64,000 nt of DNA. Source: Candidatus Latescibacterota bacterium. Lineage in GTDB: Bacteria > Latescibacterota > UBA2968 > GCA-2709665. Made by a program: the position numbers and the translations under genes. The notes under the pieces were generated by a model, which was given only the letters and a program-made list of their open reading frames with translations, did not search any database and was not told where the DNA came from. Every line of letters starts with the position of its first letter. The stretch's first letter is position 1. This document shows positions 57,813-64,000 of the stretch, piece after piece. The stretch is taken from contig OZ220733.1 in assembly GCA_965116875.1 (NCBI GenBank), positions 3,424,001 through 3,488,000 on the forward strand, in the 5' to 3' direction.

Positions 57813-58541
57813 ATGCGGCGACTGACCGACTTCCGTGTCCTCACGTTCGACTGCTACGGCACCCTGATCGACTGGGAGTGCGGCATCTGGGACGCATTGC
57901 AGCCGCTGATCATGCGCAACCCGGGCTCGCGCTTCACGAGAGACGACGCGCTGCGCGCCTTCGCCCAATGCGAGAGCCGTCAGGAGCAGGCCACGCCCGG
58001 CCTTCGCTATCCGGAACTGCTCACCCGGGTGCATGGGCGCATCGCAGAAATGTCAGGCCTCAAAACCGACGAGGAACTCAACGCTGCGTTCGGCGCGTCG
58101 TTACCGCATTGGCCCGCGTTCCCCGACACCGCCGACGCGCTGCGAATCCTCAAGCAACACTTCAAGCTGGTGATCCTATCCAACGTCCACCGAGACGGCA
58201 TCGCCGCCTCGAACCGCAAGCTGGGCGTCGAGTTCGACGCCATCTACACTGCGGAAGACATCGGTTCCTACAAGCCCGCCGACGCCAACTTCGAGTACCT
58301 GATCTCCCACCTGAAGTCCGACCTGAGCGTGGAACCCCCGGACGTACTGCACACCGCGCAGAGCCTCTACCACGACCATGTCCCGGCACGGAATTTCGGC
58401 CTGGCTACCGCCTGGATCGACCGGCAGCGCCTGACGGAGGGCGGGAGTTGGGGCGCAACCGAGCGGGTGGAATCGATGCCCGAAACGGACTACGTCTTCT
58501 TCTCCTTCGCCGAAATGGCGGACGCGGTGGCGGGCGCCTGA
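57813..58541 (+). CDS. Haloacid dehalogenase type II (HAD superfamily)
   Basis: FDCYGTLIDWE, LSN, YKP and HTAQSLYHDHVPA motifs; AAGGAG SD. Confidence 0.9.
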   Translation: MRRLTDFRVLTFDCYGTLIDWECGIWDALQPLIMRNPGSRFTRDDALRAFAQCESRQEQATPGLRYPELLTRVHGRIAEMSGLKTDEELNAAFGASLPHWPAFPDTADALRILKQHFKLVILSNVHRDGIAASNRKLGVEFDAIYTAEDIGSYKPADANFEYLISHLKSDLSVEPPDVLHTAQSLYHDHVPARNFGLATAWIDRQRLTEGGSWGATERVESMPETDYVFFSFAEMADAVAGA

Positions 58542-59014
58542 AGCCGGACGGCTATGTTGTCCTGGAGAGCAGGATCGCGGCTTCCACCCTGGAAGGCCGT
58601 GCCCTTAGCGCTCTTTTTCTACCCTTTTGTTCCCATCCCGAATTCAACTATCAGGCGAACGTACGGTTCAGGCCAGGGATAGAGCCTCAGATTGCGGCTA
58701 TATCTTTCGGTAATCGGAAAACTCACGAAAAATTAATAAAAATCATCAGAAAGGCATAGGAATTTCCAAAATATATGATTATTATCACGATACACAGTTC
58801 ATTCGGCGGCAGACTTTTGGCACCGGCGTATTCTCCGATTCCACCTGATGGGTTCCGCGTGGGAGCAATCGACCCACACGGAGCAGGCGTTGCAAGATCA
58901 GCCACCTAGCCGCACCTCGGCCGACAAATCGGATTGGATTCTGTGCGAATTCATAAGAAAGACGAGGATTCGGAAATGCAAGCCACCGGATATCGCCTCA
59001 GCGGAAGGAAAGGC

Positions 59015-62000
59015 ATGAATGTCTGCATTCTTGCAGTCGTCTCCATTATCCTCACACTGGTGTTTGCTGGCGACGCCTGCCCGCAGGAAACAGGCCACGT
59101 ACCGTTCTGCAAGCCTATCGATCTCTCGCAGGTGCATCCTGAGGGCTCTGAAGCTGCGGGCAAGCGGGCACTCGGTCTGAACACGGGCGATCCACGGACG
59201 GTGCGGGTGATTTACTTCGTACCCAGTGACCGTTCGTTTTCAATCACCGTAGAAGACTCGATACAAAGGGCGGTACGGCAGGTGCGGGCTTTTTTTGCCG
59301 AACATATGAAGGCGCACGGCTTTGACGTCAACGCCATCAACATTGAAACAGCGGACGACGGTGAGCCGCTGATCCATCGTTTCACGGGACAACACCCCAA
59401 CAACCACTACGCCGACGATATGCACTCCGCTGTCTTCAGGGAGGTCCGCCAGGATTACGATACCAATTCGAATACCTATGTCGCCTTCATCGACAATAGC
59501 CGAATCTTTGCAGCGCGCGGAGGCAGAAACGGGAAAACCGGTGGAGAGGCGTCCATGCGCGTGGACGTTGACTGGCAAACGGTGGCGCATGAACTGGGAC
59601 ACGGGTTCGGCTTACACCACGATTTTCGAAACGATGCGTACGTCATGTCATATGGCAATGAACCGGACAGTCTTTCGGCTCTGGCTGCTGAATTCCTTTC
59701 CGTGCATCCATACTTCAATCCCGGGATAACAACCCAATCGACGGCTAGTCCCACCGTCGAACTCATTTCGTCCCGTAAGTTTCCACCGAACGAGGAAGAG
59801 ATCGATGTTCAATTCAAGGTGGCGGATGCAGACGGGCTTCAACAGTTGATTCTGTTTGCGATGACGCCGCCAATTAATTGGGGTGGGGGATTCCCGGAAA
59901 TAAAGGCGTGGCGCGGCATGGCGAAGGAGGTAGATGCCGTCATTGACTTCCAGTACGCACGCGACGCCGTTGGGATAATACAGAACCCCGATGTGGAGAG
60001 AATTCATGTTAATGCGGTAGACACGGATGGAAATGTCGGGCAGGCATGGTTCAATCTCGTGAGTATTTCGCCATATCACTTCGCCTCGCTCAGTGGGCAT
60101 ACGCACGCGGTCTTCAGCGTGTTGTTCTCGCCGGACGGAAAGGTCGTAGCTTCCGGTTCAGACGACGGTACGATTGGGTTATGGGACGTTGCGTCGAGTA
60201 CGAGACTTGCGACCCTTCCGCAACCAGGCGCTATCAATTCGGTGACGTTTTCGCCCGATGGCTCCACCATCGCTTCCGGATCATACGACGGGAATGTCCA
60301 CCTCTGGGCGGTTGCGACCGGACAACTCATTACCACGCTTGAAGCACAGGGCGGTGAAGTGTTGTCCGTGTCGTATTCACCTGATGGTTCGACCCTCGCA
60401 TCCTTGTCATCCGATGGCAAGATCCGTCTTTGGGAAGTCGTAACGAGAAAGACTGACGCAACACTCGTGGGTCCGCCCATCGGTGTCGGGTCGGTTTTCT
60501 TCTCGCCGGACGTGCTGTTCAGCCCTGATGGAACGATTCTTGCGTCCTGGTCGGGAGACAATGCGTTGAGGCTATGGGACGTGGCGACGGGCGCCAGACT
60601 TGCAATCCTGCCGCATTCACAGCTTGTCTCTACGGTGTCGTTTTCGGCCGACGGTTCAACCCTCGCTTCCGGTTCATCCGACGGCAACGTCTGGCTGTGG
60701 ACGGTTGCAGCGGGGGAACAAATCCACACACTGGATGGACATTCTGGGGCGGTCGCGTCGGTGTTGTTTTCACCTGACGGTATGACCCTCGCTTCCGGTT
60801 CATACGACAATACGGTCCGGATTTAGCGAGTCGAAACGGGAGAGGCCGTCACCTCGCTTACAGGACACACGCAGGGTGTCTCATCGGTGTTGTTTTCACC
60901 CGACGGAACCATACTTGCTTCCACTTCACGGGACAATACCGTGAAGTTATGGGACATTGCGACGGGCGCGAGTCTTGCCACCTTTCGGCATGCACACTTT
61001 GCCCCTTCGATGTCATTTTCGCCGGATGGTCGACTCCTCGCTACTTCGGATAACAAAACGGTCGAGTTATGGGACCTGTCCGCGTGGACCCTGCCGCGCG
61101 CGCAGACCGTGACGATCATTTCAGGTGACAACCAGGAAGGCGCACCCGGCGCCGCATTGGCTGATCCGCTGATCGTTGAAATACGAGATCAGTTCGGTGA
61201 ACCCATAGCCGGCGCGCAGGTCACGTTTACGGTCGTTGCAGGCGATGGAAGCCTCACCGGCGGATTCACGACCGAGAATGTCACATCCGGTCCCGACGGC
61301 AGGGCGGAGGTACTCTTCACCCTCGGTCCAAATCCTGGTCCTAGTAACGTCAAGGTATCCATCACCGAACTGGCAATAGAAACCTTCAAAGCCGTGGGCA
61401 TTGGAACCCCGGTTGTAACGGGTGACGCCCGTGATTATCCAACGTGGCATCTGCCACGTGATGCCGCACTGCGCCTGGCCAGGGGTGCCATTGGCGAAAG
61501 CCAAAGGGCGGTTGTCTTCTCGCCTGACGGGAGGTTTGTTGCTGTTGCAAGTGGTATTGGAGTGTGGCTCTACCACGTGGAGAACCCGAAAAGATCCGCT
61601 CTGCTGCCCTCGGGTGTCGTCCATTCGGTGTCTTTTTCGCCGGACGGCAACACGCTTTTCTCATCGGGAGGTTCGGGGAGCGAGGGAGAGGTCATGCTGT
61701 GGGACGTGGCAACGCAAACCCACACCCGCATACCCATTCAAGAGGGTGACTTCGCCAATCTACTGTTATCACCGGATGGAGCCACCCTTGCCTACCATGG
61801 AGGCTATTCGACCCTTAAAATGCGGGATGTGACGTCGGGTGCTGCTGCGTGGACTCTGGGGACGTTTGAAGCGTTTAAGACAGATCCTACATGTCTAACG
61901 TTTTCGCCGGATGGTGCCACCTTCGCTTCCGGGCATTGGGACGGGACCATCCGGCTATGGGACGTGGCATCACGCACGATTGCTACGACCCTGGAGGGGC

Positions 62001-63715
62001 ATCGTCGCTATATCGACTCCGTGTCCTTTTCTCCGGATGGAAGTACCCTGGCGTCGGCTTCCGCTGACGGTACAGTCCAGATATGGGACATCGCGACGGG
62101 CACGTCGACCGTCACCATCCGCGATTGGTCGCAGCCCATTTGTGTGGCGTTTTCGCCAGATGGTGACCGCCTGGCTTCGGGCTGGTGGGATGGGAGCGTT
62201 ACACTGTGGGACATTGCGACACGGCGAAGTCTCGCCAAATATAACGACCATGGTGACAGGGTTCAGGCGGTTTCGTTCTCTCCGCTGGGAAAGACTCTGG
62301 CCACGGCATCTGAAGATGGAACCGTCAAACTCTTCGACCTGGCCAGCGGCAATGCCAATACCCTTTTCGGCCATTCGGGCCCGATTTGGGGTATGGCATT
62401 TTCGCCGGACGGTAGATCACTTGCTTCCCGTTCCGGTACATCCCAGGGAAAGGTCGAAATATGGAACGCTGTTACTGGAAGGATGGTCGCCTCTCTCGGC
62501 GAGCAGAGGTGCTCGCCCGTTAGATCGCTATCCATCTCACCTGACGGGACAACGCTTGCGATCGGATCACAAGATAGTACGGTACGCTTATGGGACCTTG
62601 TCACTCTGACGAATTCCGCCAGACTTGCACACGGAAGTCAGGTTGGGGCGGTTTCGTTTTCACCCGACGGCACTTTACTCGCCTCCTCGGACAAGACGGC
62701 AACGGTAAGCCTGTGGAGCGTCAGGAACGAGAAGATGATCAGGGAGTTTTCGGGCGTACACGATTGGGTCACAATGCTGGTTTTCTCGCCAGATGGATCA
62801 ACTTTGGCGTCAGGATTGCGCAACGGCGAGATCAGGGTGTGGGACGTGACGACGGGCGCTGTCATCCGTGACTTCAAAGGCCATTCTTCGCCGTTAATCT
62901 CCATGGCCTTTGTGCAGGACGGGACAGCGCTTGCTTCCGGCTATTTCGGCGGCGAGATCAGGGTGTGGGACCTGGCGACGGGCTCGCAAGGCGCCACTCC
63001 GAAAGGAACGTGGGGACAATGCCTGGCGTTCTCACCCGACGGCACGATGTTCACCACACGGCAGCATAAAACGGTGATGCTGCGCGACATCTCCACGGGC
63101 GACGATATCGCGACCTATTCGGGGCACAATCACCAGGTCCTTAGCGCAAAATTCACACCGGATGGCAGGACACTCGCGACGGGATCTTATGATGGGACGA
63201 TCCTGCTATGGGATTTGCAACGCCTTCATTCTGTGCCCTTTGATATGAAGAGTGTCTCCGGCATCGAGCAGAAAGCGCCGGCAGGGACAGCGTTAGCCCA
63301 GCCGTTTGTGGTCTCGGTGCGGGACAAAAATGGGGATCCTAACGCCGGCGTCGTCGTCACCTTCGAGGTTACCGCTGGCGGCGGCACGCTTTCGGTAACC
63401 ACCGACACGACCGGCGCCGATGGAAACGCCGCCACGACCCTGACATTGGGTACACAGCCGGGGACAAACACCGTTGTCGCAACGGTCGGTGATCTAAAGC
63501 AAGTGGCTTTTACTGCCATTGGCGAACCGAACCCCGACTTCGATGGCGACGGTAAGGTTGGCTTCGGCGATTTTCTACTATTTGTGGAGAGGTTCGGTCT
63601 CAGTCAGGACGACGACGGATATGAAGTTCGGTACGATCTGGACGGCAACGGCGCGGCGGGATTCTCGGACTTCCTGATATTCGCGGGTAATTTTGGGAAG
63701 AACGCAGCGAATTAG
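59015..63715 (+). pseudogene. Secreted metallopeptidase-WD40-Ig-dockerin-like multidomain gene interrupted by one in-frame TAG (60824-60826)
   Basis: Signal peptide; HELGHGFGLHH zinc motif; about 20 WD40 repeats; two Big_1-like domains; C-terminal DFDGDGKVGFGDF/DLDGNGAAGFSDF pair. ORFs 58934-60826 and 60887-63715 are in frame, and the TAG sits at a WD Trp position. Confidence 0.85.
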
Positions 63716-63729
63716 GCTGTTGTCAGGCG

Positions 63730-63961
63730 GGGAACTACGAAACTGGTTGAGGGGTGGTTCGGATACCGCCCTTGCTGCACGCGCCCTACACACGCCGACT
63801 CGCTGCGATTCCTCAAGCAGCACTACAAACTCGCAATCCTCACAATCATCCGCGAGGGTATCGCCGCCTCGAACCGCAAGCTGGGCGTAACGTTCGACGC
63901 CATCTATACAGCGGAAGACATCGGCGCCTGCAAGCCGGCCGACGCCAACTTCGAATACCTG
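63730..63961 (+). pseudogene. Diverged internal copy of the haloacid dehalogenase gene
   Basis: Matches ~58070-58301 (ATCGCCGCCTCGAACCGCAAGCTGGGCGT and GACGCCAACTTCGA identical), with small indels. Confidence 0.85.
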
Positions 63962-64000
63962 TCTCAAACGAACAGGTACATAACTTGCCTCCTTGATGAA

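Noticed and set aside
1223-60826. Three in-frame TAG codons (1223, 12396, 60824) suggesting amber recoding or pyrrolysine
   Set aside because: They replace different expected residues (probably Glu/Gln, Leu and Trp), two lie in obvious remnants, and TAG is the normal stop of intact genes here (28213, 31823, 33431, 57772)

Overview
GC-rich bacterial window; no rRNA, tRNA or CRISPR array was seen. The gene repertoire (PhyH, Gfo/Idh/MocA, heparinase-like, WD40 and dockerin-like proteins) suggests a Latescibacterota/Gemmatimonadota/Poribacteria-like organism, possibly a sponge symbiont (inference only). Layout: (1) 1-13.7 kb is a defence/accessory island with REP-like repeats, a Uma2 remnant, a complete type I Zorya operon (zorABCD), a secreted cohesin/dockerin-like protein, an unannotated 51-aa Arg/Tyr-rich ORF whose leader sequesters its SD, AT-rich hypothetical genes, IS3 and IS21 remnants and an orphan Phd antitoxin. 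(2) 13.9-25.7 kb holds glycan/sugar-acid genes (heparinase II/III-like, GT39, GT2, LarA, PcRGLX/YetA-like, two Gfo/Idh/MocA). (3) 25.7-47.2 kb is a co-directional cluster with no NRPS/PKS/RiPP core that looks biosynthetic: EhpF/LuxE-like adenylating enzyme, ALDH-fold reductase, Fe-ADH, HemN-like radical SAM, PaaK-like ligase, flavin halogenase-like enzyme, CxxC-GT4, thioesterase, MacB/FtsX-type ABC, TonB receptor and three PQQ-like propellers. This is the best candidate for an undescribed system. (4) TRAP-TAXI transporter, PIN TA pair, carboxyltransferase/CoA-transferase/lactonase, a PhyH enzyme with HxG in place of HxD, a TIM-barrel isomerase, a haloacid dehalogenase and a ~1,570-codon peptidase-WD40-Ig-dockerin gene split by one TAG. 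Accessory genes repeatedly sit beside diverged partial copies of neighbouring genes.
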